Shown here: positions 9,404 through 19,788 of the stretch, one piece after another
How the letters are laid out: each line of letters begins with the position of its first letter
How positions within the stretch are numbered: position 1 is the stretch's first letter
Notes under the pieces: generated by a model
What the model was told of the DNA's origin: nothing
Seen by the model: the letters and a program-made list of their open reading frames with translations, nothing else
Database searches by the model: none
Position numbers and translations under genes: made by a program
Virus record (IMG/VR): IMGVR_UViG_2049941000_000903
Reading direction: 5' to 3' (one strand)
DNA from: an uncultured virus (IMG/VR IMGVR_UViG_2049941000_000903)
Taxonomy: Duplodnaviria; Heunggongvirae; Uroviricota; Caudoviricetes
Length of the DNA: 40,775 nt

Positions 9404-10020
9404 TAACTGATAGTCCAGTTGGTGTTGGAAGATACAGACACGCTCTGTGCAGGAGTACCGGCAGCAGGTATCGTAATGGTGTCAGGACTGATGGTGAGGT
9501 AGGCATCTCCGGCGGCCTGAGTGATGTTGCAAGTCACGGCGGCACTACTGCCGCTATTCGGAGTGACCGTCAACTGCGAGGTCTTGGACGAAATCGTAGT
9601 GTTCTCACCGATGTTCGAGAATGTGATGCTGAACGCATACTGCTGCGATGCGCCGGGGTCTCCAGTGATAGCCGTTCCGTTGTTCGTACTCACGGAGTTC
9701 GCCGTGTAGGACGAAGGAAGCACCAAGCCGATACCGTTCGTACTCGTAAGGGCGAATGTCAGCTTCGAGGAGTTGGATGTTCCCGTGATTGTAAGAGTGC
9801 CACCCGCTTTATCCACGGCGGCGGTTGCGGAATCGAAACTCACGAACTCTGTCTTTCCCGATTGGATAACTGTAAGTGTCTTGCTCTCAACGCCCGATGC
9901 GGCGAAGGTCGCGGTGGTCTGCCTTGCCTCGCGTCCTGTATGCGCCGAAGCCGACCACGATACGGTATCGTTACCGTTGCCACTGGTTTTACTGGGGTTA
10001 GCCCAACTTGCGTATGCCAT
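9403..10020 (-). CDS. BACON-domain virion protein
   Basis: W..PSKTSGNGNDTV...HTGREARQTTATF...LTVIQSG, with a terminal VSSNTNWTIS. Confidence 0.7.
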   Translation of the reverse strand: MAYASWANPSKTSGNGNDTVSWSASAHTGREARQTTATFAASGVESKTLTVIQSGKTEFVSFDSATAAVDKAGGTLTITGTSNSSKLTFALTSTNGIGLVLPSSYTANSVSTNNGTAITGDPGASQQYAFSITFSNIGENTTISSKTSQLTVTPNSGSSAAVTCNITQAAGDAYLTISPDTITIPAAGTPAQSVSVSSNTNWTIS

Positions 10021-10036
10021 ATCTTTCTATATTTGG

Positions 10037-10333
10037 TTATTCAATATTCCACCTTGTGTTGGAGTAAACATCGTTGTATGCGGGGTCTGTCCATATCCAC
10101 ACAATCGTAGGGCTAATCTCCAAGTAAGGAGAACCGACACCCGACGCGCACACGGGCGAGAGACGGCATTTTAAGCCACCTATACGCCCGAATTGGGCAG
10201 ACATACTACCGATGCGCTGAAGGCTCGTCTGCGCCCCTCCTATGCGCCCTAAAAAGGCAACGCCGCCACCAATGCGTGTCGCATCGGCACTACCGCCACC
10301 AAGACGCGAAAGGGACACATTCAAGCAACTCAT
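10037..10333 (-). CDS. Hypothetical structural protein with RIGG repeats
   Basis: Repeated R(I/L)GG units. The ending VYSNTRWNIE resembles a BACON N-terminal strand. Confidence 0.65.
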   Translation of the reverse strand: MSCLNVSLSRLGGGSADATRIGGGVAFLGRIGGAQTSLQRIGSMSAQFGRIGGLKCRLSPVCASGVGSPYLEISPTIVWIWTDPAYNDVYSNTRWNIE

Positions 10334-10668
10334 ACCGACATCAGCTTGCCAAGTTCAACCTTATAGACCTCCGTGCGGAGGCCGTCGGAGAAATCCATAT
10401 CGGGCACGAAGGCCGTCACTATCGCATAGTAGTTGCCTAAGCCCAAGGCCGCAGTGTCGAAGCACACATAGTAGTGGTGTTTCGTGACGGTGTTGTGCTC
10501 GGCATCCTCTTCCTCGTACTCCTCATCCACGAGGTCGGCTTTGGCGAAGAACTGATGATTCGGGCCACGGACGATCTCAACGGTGAAGTCATCGTCCACC
10601 ATACTGAAGTTATCGGCCTCAATCTCTATGAGGTATTTCAGTTCAGTTCCTACGTAAACATTATCCAT
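10330..10668 (-). CDS. Hypothetical structural protein, 112 aa
   Basis: Clean acidic beta-rich ORF with ATGA overlap. Confidence 0.75.
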   Translation of the reverse strand: MDNVYVGTELKYLIEIEADNFSMVDDDFTVEIVRGPNHQFFAKADLVDEEYEEEDAEHNTVTKHHYYVCFDTAALGLGNYYAIVTAFVPDMDFSDGLRTEVYKVELGKLMSV

Positions 10669-10669
10669 A

Positions 10670-10834
10670 CTACGTCAAACTGTTAATGTATATCTTTATC
10701 TGCTCGTAGCAGTAGTTGTCAACCATCTTGCTTTCCCCCGCGAAGTCGTCTATGACCCTTCGGAAGAAAGGCTCGAAGTCCCGTCCTTTCGGATAGTCAT
10801 CAAGCAAACATTTCAGTGCCGTCTCCTTCGTCAT
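10670..10834 (-). CDS. Small hypothetical protein (54 aa, MTKETALKCLLDDY)
   Basis: Read manually. ATGA overlap with the endolysin stop; fills the gap exactly. Confidence 0.65.
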   Translation of the reverse strand: MTKETALKCLLDDYPKGRDFEPFFRRVIDDFAGESKMVDNYCYEQIKIYINSLT

Positions 10835-11298
10835 CCTTTGAAAATGTACACCTTGGCGGTGTTGTCATACATATCAAGGCAATCCCAATGCACCCAGTTC
10901 ACATCCGACTCCAAGCGGAAGTTGAAAGGAAACAAGTTGGCGTTCTCAATAATCTTCTTCCTCGCTTGCTCTGCCGTCATCCCCTGCACATCGAAGTCCC
11001 AAGACTTGCCGAAAGGGTGTTGCGACATATAAAGCACCCCCGCGTTCGTCTTGTCCTTCACTATCTGGCAGAGATTGCACCTCAATCCCCTCTGGGTCTT
11101 GCCGTTCTTGTAACTGTTCACATACATCGGCACACCGAAGATGGACACACGCATCAGGAGCAATCCGTACAAGGCATTGGTGTCAAGGAACTGCCAACTA
11201 CGCTCCCCATACTTGTTGAAGGTATGAGGACAAACCAACTCGTTAACGGCGAAGTATGGTTTAAGAGCCTTGACTATCGCGTTCTTGTCCAGCGTCAT
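10831..11298 (-). CDS. Endolysin, peptidase M15 family (Zn peptidoglycan peptidase)
   Basis: RGLRC, SQHPFGKSWDF (HxxxxxxD) and WVHWD zinc-binding motifs. Likely start MTLDKN. Confidence 0.85.
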   Translation of the reverse strand: MTLDKNAIVKALKPYFAVNELVCPHTFNKYGERSWQFLDTNALYGLLLMRVSIFGVPMYVNSYKNGKTQRGLRCNLCQIVKDKTNAGVLYMSQHPFGKSWDFDVQGMTAEQARKKIIENANLFPFNFRLESDVNWVHWDCLDMYDNTAKVYIFKG

Positions 11299-11758
11299 CT
11301 TTCTGTTCTCTTCTCCTCTTGTCACCAAGGCGTTTCATCAGCACGTTCACGGGCGTGAAGTCCGCACCGAGGTTCGCCTCGTTCTTGTGCGCCTCGTACC
11401 AAGCATCGCCTTGACCAAGCATCGGGTCGCGGAGACTGCAACCGAGGTGGATGCACATCATATTCTTCGCGGTAGCGCACTCCTCGCACTTGTTCTCGTA
11501 CTTCTCCGTTGTCGCGGCTTGCTTCTCCTCCATCTTCGCTACCATAGCCTCGTACTTGTTCTCAAGGGCGGCATACCGTTCCTCCATCCTCGTTATCTCA
11601 CCACGCAACTGCTCGTTGGTCTGTCGCAAGGGTTCTATCGCAAAGGACTCGTTCTCTATCTTGGCCTTCTTGATGGCCGCGGGGACGGTAAAAATCGCTA
11701 CGAGACCTCCCCCAAGTATAAAGGGGAGCAACTCGCGTATGAGGCTAATCCAATCCAT
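11261..11758 (-). CDS. Holin-like membrane protein with coiled coil
   Basis: N-terminal TM (LPFILGGGLVAIFTV) and long coiled coil, directly upstream of the endolysin. Confidence 0.6.
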   Translation of the reverse strand: MDWISLIRELLPFILGGGLVAIFTVPAAIKKAKIENESFAIEPLRQTNEQLRGEITRMEERYAALENKYEAMVAKMEEKQAATTEKYENKCEECATAKNMMCIHLGCSLRDPMLGQGDAWYEAHKNEANLGADFTPVNVLMKRLGDKRRREQKDDAGQERDSQGS

Positions 11759-11787
11759 TTTCTTGGTACTACTTAACGGTTACACCC

Positions 11788-11820
11788 CAAATATAAAAAA
11801 CGGAAATCACTTTTCGCAAT
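11788..11820 (-). promoter_or_regulatory. Promoter of the lysis cassette
   Basis: The reverse strand reads TATATTTG (11795-11788), with TTG about 21 nt upstream. Confidence 0.6.
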
Positions 11821-11858
11821 CTCCGTTGTACTTTATTGTGAAAATATTGTAATTCGCC

Positions 11859-12038
11859 CTAACCCATCAACTCGTTTATGAGCCGTTTGAGTGTAGGGAA
11901 GGCCATCCAGCCGAGGACTCCGATGGCAACGATACCAACCCAAGCCTTCGCACCGATGGCGAGGAAAAGGGCGCAGATGAAACCTCCGATGCCGAGAAAG
12001 GTAAGGAGGAACTTGATGATTTTCTTTAATGTTTCCAT
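11859..12038 (-). CDS. Small two-TM membrane protein, holin or antiholin candidate (59 aa, METLKKIIKFLLTFLGIGG)
   Basis: Read manually, absent from the ORF track. Two hydrophobic helices and a basic N-terminus, between tail and lysis genes. Confidence 0.7.
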   Translation of the reverse strand: METLKKIIKFLLTFLGIGGFICALFLAIGAKAWVGIVAIGVLGWMAFPTLKRLINELMG

Positions 12039-12045
12039 ATCGCAA

Positions 12046-13644
12046 TTATGTTAGGTCAATGACTTCGTACTCTGTATGGGGGAACGTGGTGTTGCCCAAG
12101 CCTATCTCCGAGACGGACGTTGCCGAGAACCAATGCTCTCCCGATGCACCGCTTGAGAACGCGGGAATCTCATTGAGGGCAACTCCGATGCGAGGGTCGT
12201 CAATCGTCACTTCGTCAAGTATGGGTATCGTCCGTTCATACGACCCCGTGGGGATGTAGTGATAGACAAGACCTCCGATGACCACCTCGCCGGGGAACGT
12301 ACCACTCGTCATCACGAGACGAAGGATTACCTTGCCCGTGCGGAAGTCCACGGTTGGGGAGATAGCCGCCGTGTTCGTGGACGGTGCAACATACGCATCC
12401 TGCTCCACGCTGTCGCTTGCACTCTCGCCAAATTCGGTGATGGTAACGCCGATGTCCCTTGTGAGGATGGTACTCATATTAGGTTCGACCTCGACCGTGA
12501 AAGAACCCGTACCTGTGACAAAATCCGTGTCGGGGATACAGTTGCTTCCACTCACGGTGGCGGTGATGTCCGTCTCCAAGTGAGCGTCGGGCTCGCCCGA
12601 TGTGTAAGTGTCGTACTGCGTCCGCTTGGAAACGTAGTCCACCGAGAATATACCTCCGCTTGACGGTATCGTGCCACTCACGTCAAAGGCAACGGAAAGG
12701 TTGTAGGTGTAGTTGACATCTTCCACGCGGTTGTACTGCTGATAGACCGTCACCGAGTCGGATGCGCTTCCATTGTATGCCGTCAGTTCGGCACTACGAC
12801 CGTTCTGATAAGGCGTAACACCCTCGCTTGCGATGGTCAGGACTCCGTTGGCGAATGTCAGCCACGACGGGAGGGTTGGCGTAGCGATTTCATCCGTGAC
12901 ACCCCAAGGCTGACCGACCATAGTAGGGCCGATTTGGCCGCTTGCCGTGATGACCGCAGGGTCAACAACAACCGCCCCCGATGTGTAGGTGTGCGTGTAG
13001 GTCGTCCAATCGTTCCACGCCGTTGTGGAGTAGTTCGCCTCATCGTGACCACCGTAGAAATACAGCGTTGCCGTACCTCCGTATGCGGGACAGATGTGGT
13101 TGGGGAATGACTCGTAGATATTGAGGTCAACATAGCGGGTGTTCGGCACTTCATCGGGCGCGATGACGGGAGATTCCTCTATGCGAACCGTGGAAGATGT
13201 CGTGGTCTCGTAGTTGCGCTCCTGCTCCACCGCAGAGCCGACACGGAAAGACGGACTGTTGCGATAAGTGACATCCACGTTGGTGCTCTTTATCGCGGAG
13301 GTAGCCGTAGAGCCAAGATTGTATCCGTAGATGTTATGGGCGTTCAGCACCACGAAATCGGAGGTGTTGGTCAATGCGGGAGTGAGCATCGCGTCGGTTA
13401 TAGTGCCCGTGGCTACCCCATCGGTATAGACCACAACCGTACCCGTAACATAGACATAGTTGCCAGAGTAGGTGCTTTCAGCCGCCCCTGCGTCTATGAT
13501 GTTTCCGCTTGAGTAGTGGATTATAGCACCCGTTATCTCGTAGGTGACTGCGTGTGACGTGGGCCACACAAGGTTTTCACCGAGATAAATCGCGGTTACT
13601 TGCCTTGTGCCGACCTTCGCGTCTTGTATATCGTTGGGGTTCAT
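12046..13644 (-). CDS. Tail fibre / adhesin with Ig-like (BACON-like) repeats, 532 aa
   Basis: N-terminal VTAIYLGENLVWP motif, PSWLTF...RSAELT...VTVYQ pattern, Thr/Ser rich. Confidence 0.7.
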   Translation of the reverse strand: MNPNDIQDAKVGTRQVTAIYLGENLVWPTSHAVTYEITGAIIHYSSGNIIDAGAAESTYSGNYVYVTGTVVVYTDGVATGTITDAMLTPALTNTSDFVVLNAHNIYGYNLGSTATSAIKSTNVDVTYRNSPSFRVGSAVEQERNYETTTSSTVRIEESPVIAPDEVPNTRYVDLNIYESFPNHICPAYGGTATLYFYGGHDEANYSTTAWNDWTTYTHTYTSGAVVVDPAVITASGQIGPTMVGQPWGVTDEIATPTLPSWLTFANGVLTIASEGVTPYQNGRSAELTAYNGSASDSVTVYQQYNRVEDVNYTYNLSVAFDVSGTIPSSGGIFSVDYVSKRTQYDTYTSGEPDAHLETDITATVSGSNCIPDTDFVTGTGSFTVEVEPNMSTILTRDIGVTITEFGESASDSVEQDAYVAPSTNTAAISPTVDFRTGKVILRLVMTSGTFPGEVVIGGLVYHYIPTGSYERTIPILDEVTIDDPRIGVALNEIPAFSSGASGEHWFSATSVSEIGLGNTTFPHTEYEVIDLT

Positions 13645-13683
13645 TAGGATGTCGTGATTACATAGAACGTACTCGAATCAAGA
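13644..13683 (-). CDS. True C-terminal end of the large tail protein (LDSSTFYVITTS*)
   Basis: Frame read manually. Completes the TQA(K/R)YDxL...TFYVI motif and overlaps the next ATG via TAATG. Confidence 0.6.
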
Positions 13684-13693
13684 NNNNNNNNNN

Positions 13694-13801
13694 AACAGTA
13701 TCGTAGTTACGCTCTTGCTCAACCGCAGAGCCAACACGGAAAGACGGACTATTGCGATAAGTGACATCCACGTTGGTGCTCTTTATCGCGGAGGTAGCCG
13801 T
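13694..13801 (-). repeat. Allelic copy of 13208-13308 (internal piece of the 532-aa gene)
   Basis: About 100 nt near-identical with five synonymous differences, diverging at the final codons. Bounded by N spacers. Confidence 0.8.
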
Positions 13802-13811
13802 NNNNNNNNNN

Positions 13812-14244
13812 TAGCCGTATTGCTCAAGTTCGTCATACTTGGCTTGGGTACAATGGACAACGTGCTTTATCGCCCCAAGGTTGCTATAATACGATTCGGA
13901 GTTAAAGGTTATTACCGACTCCCCTTCTCGCAGGATGTCGCCCACCGTGGTGATAGCAGGGGCGGTGTTATATTGACCAGAACTTGATATATGGAGTAAA
14001 CCTCGCCCACTTACGGGGTTTGTGCTACCGATAATACTGCGATTTATTCGCGTGGTATCATTGTAAGTAATCTCAAAATCTCGGAGTGAGTATTGACACT
14101 CAACGTTGTTATATGTGTTTACTGTCTTGGTAAGACCATCCTGACCGATGGTGTACGGCCCTATCTCGCCCTTCGTGGCGAACATATTGCCCTCATAGTC
14201 CACTCGGAAAGGTGCTTCTTGCGGATAGAAATTGGTTGGGGGGT
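13812..14244 (-). CDS. Large tail protein, C-terminal fragment (probably allele 1)
   Basis: QEAPFRVDYEGNMFATKG...GESVITFN...HVVHCTQAKYDELEQ parallels the end of 14255..15510. Confidence 0.7.
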
Positions 14245-14254
14245 NNNNNNNNNN

Positions 14255-15510
14255 GTGCCCGCTTGCTCAAGGGCATCGTACCTTGCTTGGGTACAATGGA
14301 CAACGTGGAGTATAGCACCGAGGTTGGAAGCATCGGAATCATCGTTGAAAGTGATTACGGATTCACCGTTGCGTTGAATGTCTCCGTTACTAAGACCACC
14401 ACCCGTTACAGAGATGAGCGCGGGCGTAATTGATACCGTACCTGATTGGGTGGTAATACCGCTTCGGAATAGCGTTATTTCCTGCGGAGTGACATCAGCG
14501 TAACTCTGCGTTCCTGCTGCGGCGGTGTACAGCCGCATCTCGCCCATCTCATACTGACCTATTTGGGTAACATTTGTGCTTCCTTGGCGCACTATCCTTT
14601 CGCGGTACAATCCATCCTCGCCAATCTCATAAGGGCCGAGAAATCCCTTCGTGGCGAACATATTTCCCTCGTAGTCCACTCGGAACGGTGCTTCCTGCGG
14701 GACATTACTGCCAGCAAAGAAGTTCACTTGGTTAACCATACTCCCCGAACCCGAAGGCCACTCGGTCTTGCTACCGCCCTGCATACCGGCCACCACAACA
14801 CCGTTACTCGCACCGCTATTGCCGTACATATACACGCCGTTGCCACTCAAGACATCTATGTACGCGTTCTTGGCGAGAAGCACCTTGGTTGCGATGAACT
14901 CAAAGTTGTCTGCCCTTACCCAATAATCTCCCGCCTTGCCAGCACCCACATCGGTAATCGGGTCAACCAAAGTCGCACCCGTGCCGTCCTTACAGTAGAA
15001 GTACAAGGTTTCCTCGGTAATCGGGTCAACCATATAGACCACATCGTAGAACTCAAACTCGGAGTTCATCTCGTCCATACCTTGATAGCCGTCAACGCCA
15101 ATCCCACGGCCATCGGGCAAACCATCCTCACTCCACTCGTTCACACCGCGCATAATCTTACCCATAAGGCCGTTCTCGCCCGCCCATCTTGTAGGCTCAC
15201 TCCAATCCCCAGGGGGGATGTCGGTGTTCCATCCACCATTCACAACCACAGTCCTATTCCTTGATGATACGTTGGCAATGGTGACATACACAACATCAAA
15301 CCAACTCCCCGTACTGGTGGGAGGCTCAACGCTCCAACCATTGAGCGCGGTGGATGGCGTGAGTGTCCTGCTCACGAAGTCATAGGTCATATCGTCTGGT
15401 GAGAGAAGCGATGGGTCGCCACTTGTGCTTTTATACAAGTGTAAGGTAGCATAAGACACTCCGTCCTCGCCCGGATCGCCGTCGTCACCCTTCGGCCCTC
15501 TGCCTCCCTT
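14255..15510 (-). CDS. Large tail protein, alternative C-terminal region (allele 2)
   Basis: Starts with the same DNA as 16208-16257 (KGGRGPKGDDGDPGEDG), then continues as a divergent homologue. Confidence 0.75.
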
Positions 15511-15520
15511 NNNNNNNNNN

Positions 15521-18500
15521 CTGCCACGATGTCGGGGTCAGCACCTCCACTACCGCTATTGCCGTACATATACAAGGCATTGCCACTCGCAACATCTATG
15601 AAGGCATTGTCGGCAAGGAGAACCTTCGTGGCAACAAAGTCAAAGTTGGTAGCCTCCACCCACATTGCCCGTGCCGCAGCCGTATCAGTCCCAGGAGCAA
15701 CGGACATAGCAAGGGTGATAGTCCCCGTGTCGGGGTTGATGTATCGGTCGTTCTCGCAATAGTAATACTTGTCGTTGTATAGCACCACATCGTAGTAGAT
15801 GTGAGAGGTGTCGGTATCGCTCCTTCCTTGGTAGTTTATGGGGTTGGACTGAGTGCCAAGTCCGTAGCCGTCCTCGTTGAACTCGTTGACTCCGCGCATC
15901 ACCTTTCCGATGAGACCGTTGTCACCCGTGAGACGCACAGGCTCACTCCATTCGCCCGGATTCAAGTCGGTATTCCAACCGCCCGTGATGCTAACGGTGG
16001 ATGTCTGCGATGTCACATTCGCTGCGGTCATATAGATAGGGCCACTTCCGCTACTCGGCAAAACCGCCGCCCATCCGTTCAGAGTACCCTGTCCCACGGG
16101 AGTCAAGGTCTGACTCTCGAAATCGTACACGGTATCGGAGATTCGGTATGTCTTGATGTCTCCAACATTGAGCCTACGATAGAGCGTGATGGTAGCCTTC
16201 GACCAACCGTCCTCGCCCGGATCGCCGTCGTCACCCTTCGGCCCTCTGCCTCCCTTGAAGATGCGGATGGTATCTTCGTATGTTATTGGAGTCTGTTCAC
16301 CACCCTCACCGTCATCGTATGCCGCACCGTCGGTCACAACAACCTTGAAATCGGCATAGGTCTTACCTTCGGGGTAGTACAACTCGTTGTCTGCCGTTAC
16401 AAGGTATGCTTGGTCAACCTCATCCCGGAGTGCAACCCAAGTGATAACAACCGTCTCCTCGCCTTCCTCCTCTTCGGGAGGTTCGACGGTCTCCTCGCCG
16501 TAGTACCATTGGTAGGTAGGGCCGTTGATGCCACTCGTCACGGCTGTCAAGGTAATGACTTGTCCGTTGTACTCTCCGTTGTCATCCGCGATGAATAACT
16601 TAGAGTCTGCTTCGATTCGCACACCCACAATCACGGGGATGAAGATTGCTTCGGGGTCATCCTTGGCGGGGACGCGGCTCTCGTCAACGTCCTTGTCGCG
16701 GAGTCTCGCCTGTGTCTCGTTCAACTCACCCGTGATGACTTGCAACATCGTATCCACCTTCTCGTCACGAAGCGTCACGGAGTAGATGGGTATCACGTCC
16801 TCGTTCTCGGCTATCGTCACGGTGGAGATGAGAATCCAATTCACGTTCAGTTCCGTCCCGATGACGGTCTCCACGAGGTCTTGGTCGTAGATAGGCATAT
16901 ACAAGCCTTCCACGAGGGTTACGGAAGCCATAAAGACCTCCTTGGAGTCCACCTCTGGGACGTAGGCCATAACGGGCTTACAGAGCCTCGAAAGGGCATC
17001 TTGCGCGGCTTCCTGCAACCTTGACATCGCCGCCGTCACATACTTGTCGGGCATCTGCAAGTCAAGCAACACGAACCTATCGTCGGGTTGTATGAGATAG
17101 ACCGAGTTCGGGAAATACTGCATCAGCGTCGTATCGTCCTGCCGTTGGCAAGTCAACTCCCATACATTCGTGTCGGCATTGTAGTACGCCTCCTTCACCA
17201 CGAACTCCCGACCCGCACACATTCCCGTCCGCATACTCACCGTACACAAACCGTCCGTAAGTTGCGATGAACCCATAGCATTGAGGTCGAAGCCGATTTG
17301 CTTGAGGTACAACTTGAAGGTCGTGTCAAGCGTGTACTCCACCCTCGCGGTGATGGTGTTCTCTTCAGGGTTGTCCTCCTCCAAACTCGGCGCGGCAAGT
17401 TTGTACACGATGACTAATTGGGGTGACGTTGGGGAAAGTGCCAACTCGCAACGGATGAATATCTTGAGATAACCCACCGCGTTCGTGGTAAACTGTATGT
17501 CCTCGCATACGAAGTCGAACACATCCTGCATCCTCGTTGTCACCACCTTCGCCTCCTTCGCGGTCACAAGGTCAGGGCCGACATACACGTCAATGAACAC
17601 CTTGGGGATTTCCATAAGGTAGTCACCGAGGACACGCCCCGTGGAAGGGTCACACTTGATTTGACCCGCGAGTTTGTGCATCCGTATCACGAAGCGTCCG
17701 TTGCCACCACCGACACCGTTCATCGTCTTGTAGATAGTACCCGTGTCATAGATGGGAGACTCGTAGCCGATGGTGAGTGCCTCCTGCGACTCCAATGTCG
17801 CATAGGTGGTGTTAATCTCCGTCACGCCCAACGTCACGGTGTCATCCTTTAGTTTGATGCTGTCCTCCGTGTACATTCCGTTATCGGACGGATTCGCGGC
17901 ATCCAACACCTCATCAATGCGCTCGTAAGGGTCATAACCCGTGGAAGGAAAATCGTTGTCGGCAACTTGGTATATTGTCATCCCCTCCACGCTCGGATAT
18001 ATCTCGGCAAGGTCGCCCGTGCCGTCGAAGCGCATAACCTTGGGAATGAGTCCGTACTTGTTCACCGCCGAGGTGTTCTGCAAGTATGCCTTCCTCGCAT
18101 CCCTCTGTCCGCCCGTGTACCCCCACGATGTGAGGGGAAGCATCAAGTTCGGGATATAGACGCTCTCGTGGTCTTTGATGTACGGAGTGAGGTTGTTGTA
18201 GTACCTCGTTGGCAAGTTGCGGTCACTGCCGTAGGCGTATATCCTCGTCGCAATCTCGTTCTTCGTGGACACGGCACGGGTGATGACCTTGAGACCATTC
18301 CCTTGACCGTAGGAAAACTCAGGGGTGGTGTTACTCGCGTCTTGCAAGTTCGGCCTACCAAGCACGATGGTGTTCTTGCCGTTCTCCACCTTGTAAATCC
18401 ACGAGATGCCCTTCCAAAGCGCGTAGATTTGGTTGAGAGCGTCCATACAAGTTCCGTCACTCAAGGAGAAAGCCTTGACCTCCTCCATCAAGTCGGTTAT

Positions 18501-18959
18501 CTGCGAGTACGAGGTGGACATCGCACGGATTGTCCATTGGCCGGGCGCGTAGTCATCCATATTCGCCTGTATGCGGTGGATGATGCCGTACACATCCTCG
18601 TAGGTATCCACGTTCGGTATGGACGAGAAATGGATGCCGTTGTCGTACTCCGTGATGTCGCGGAAGAGGGCGAGTTCGAGGTCTTTCGTCGCGCAGAAGA
18701 ACTGGACGTTCTTGTACACGAAGGCATCCCCCGATTCGGTGCGACGTGCGCTCTTTACCACTTGCGGAATCGTGTACAACTTGTAGCGGAATCCCGTGCG
18801 CGTGTAGTCCACATAGTCGCCTATCTGCCACTCTATCGGCACGGGCGATGCTATCTCCGCGAACTCCAAATAGGAAGGCTTGCCGAAGATACCGTTGTAT
18901 TTCGGTGCGCCACTGTATCGGACGGTCAGACCGTCCCTTGACTTTATGTTGAACCTCAT
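15521..18959 (-). CDS. Large tail tip / host-specificity protein, truncated by gap
   Basis: More than 1140 aa following the Dit-like gene. FSYGQGNGL..I and TRIYAYGSDRNLP motifs of tail hub proteins; collagen-like linker. Confidence 0.8.
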
Positions 18960-18962
18960 AGA

Positions 18963-19619
18963 CTAATCCGTTGTGTCAATTACATTACCAAGGATTGCGA
19001 TGCCCGCTACGGGAGCCGCACCGATGTTCTCACGAGCCTGTTGCTGCTGAGAAGCGGTAAGGTCTTGGTCGGTGAACCTCACTACATCCGTCACAATCGG
19101 GTCGGCATCATCGGCGGTGATAACTCCGTTGTTCATCGTCATCCGCGTCACGGGGTCGTTCACCTTGAACTTGACCTTGAACATAACCGTGGCAGTACCA
19201 CCGCGCTCCTTGAAGGTGGCATCCTCGAAATCGCTACCCGCGTAACGGACTCTTTGGAATCCGATTTTCGTGTACTCGTCATAGATGCGGAAGTTGCCCT
19301 CGCGGACGGCGGTAAAGAAAGACCAAGCGGCAAGATGCAAGTCTGCGGCTGCGGTGGAGTCAACCCCATCCACGGCCTTCATATAGAACTCGACCTCCAT
19401 CTCGAAGCCCTTGTAGTGCATATAGGTGGTGTACTCATCCTCACCATCCTCGTCCTTCCAATCGTTCTTGTACGGGTCTTTCGGTGACGGAAGCAAGGGA
19501 TAGGGGTTGGTCTTTGCGACCATCCCCCACGCCTCCTTGGTATCCGTTGCCAATGCGTTCTCACCGTACTGAATGTAGAAGGGCTTGTAGTTCGCTATCG
19601 GTATGTTAACAATCGGCAT
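18963..19619 (-). CDS. Distal tail (Dit-like) protein
   Basis: Position after the tape measure. PKDPYKNDWKDEDGEDEY and FKVKFKVNDP motifs. Confidence 0.65.
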   Translation of the reverse strand: MPIVNIPIANYKPFYIQYGENALATDTKEAWGMVAKTNPYPLLPSPKDPYKNDWKDEDGEDEYTTYMHYKGFEMEVEFYMKAVDGVDSTAAADLHLAAWSFFTAVREGNFRIYDEYTKIGFQRVRYAGSDFEDATFKERGGTATVMFKVKFKVNDPVTRMTMNNGVITADDADPIVTDVVRFTDQDLTASQQQQARENIGAAPVAGIAILGNVIDTTD

Positions 19620-19634
19620 ATATCGTAAAGTTGA

Positions 19635-19778
19635 TTACATAAATACTCTAATCGCTGGCCCATCACTCATCGTCATCACACTGTCAATCCTTTCAAGGAG
19701 ATTTGCGGTGTTCTGCGCGGTGTTGTATGTGTTCGCCTGTATCTGTGTGAGATATTCGGCAAGGGTGGGTGCAGGAGT
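19635..19778 (-). CDS. Probable tape measure protein, C-terminal fragment
   Basis: YLTQIQANTYNTAQNT helix; located directly upstream of the Dit-like gene. Confidence 0.55.
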   Translation of the reverse strand, partial: TPAPTLAEYLTQIQANTYNTAQNTANLLERIDSVMTMSDGPAIRVFM

Positions 19779-19788
19779 NNNNNNNNNN

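Noticed and set aside
13208..13801. Near-identical repeat pair in a tail gene suggesting a diversity-generating retroelement (TR/VR)
   Set aside because: The differences are synonymous third-position changes rather than adenine-specific on the coding strand. No reverse transcriptase is present and the copy is an N-bounded allele.
9397..19487. Many long plus-strand ORFs over the tail region
   Set aside because: They are antisense shadows of the coherent minus-strand tail operon and carry no recognisable motifs.
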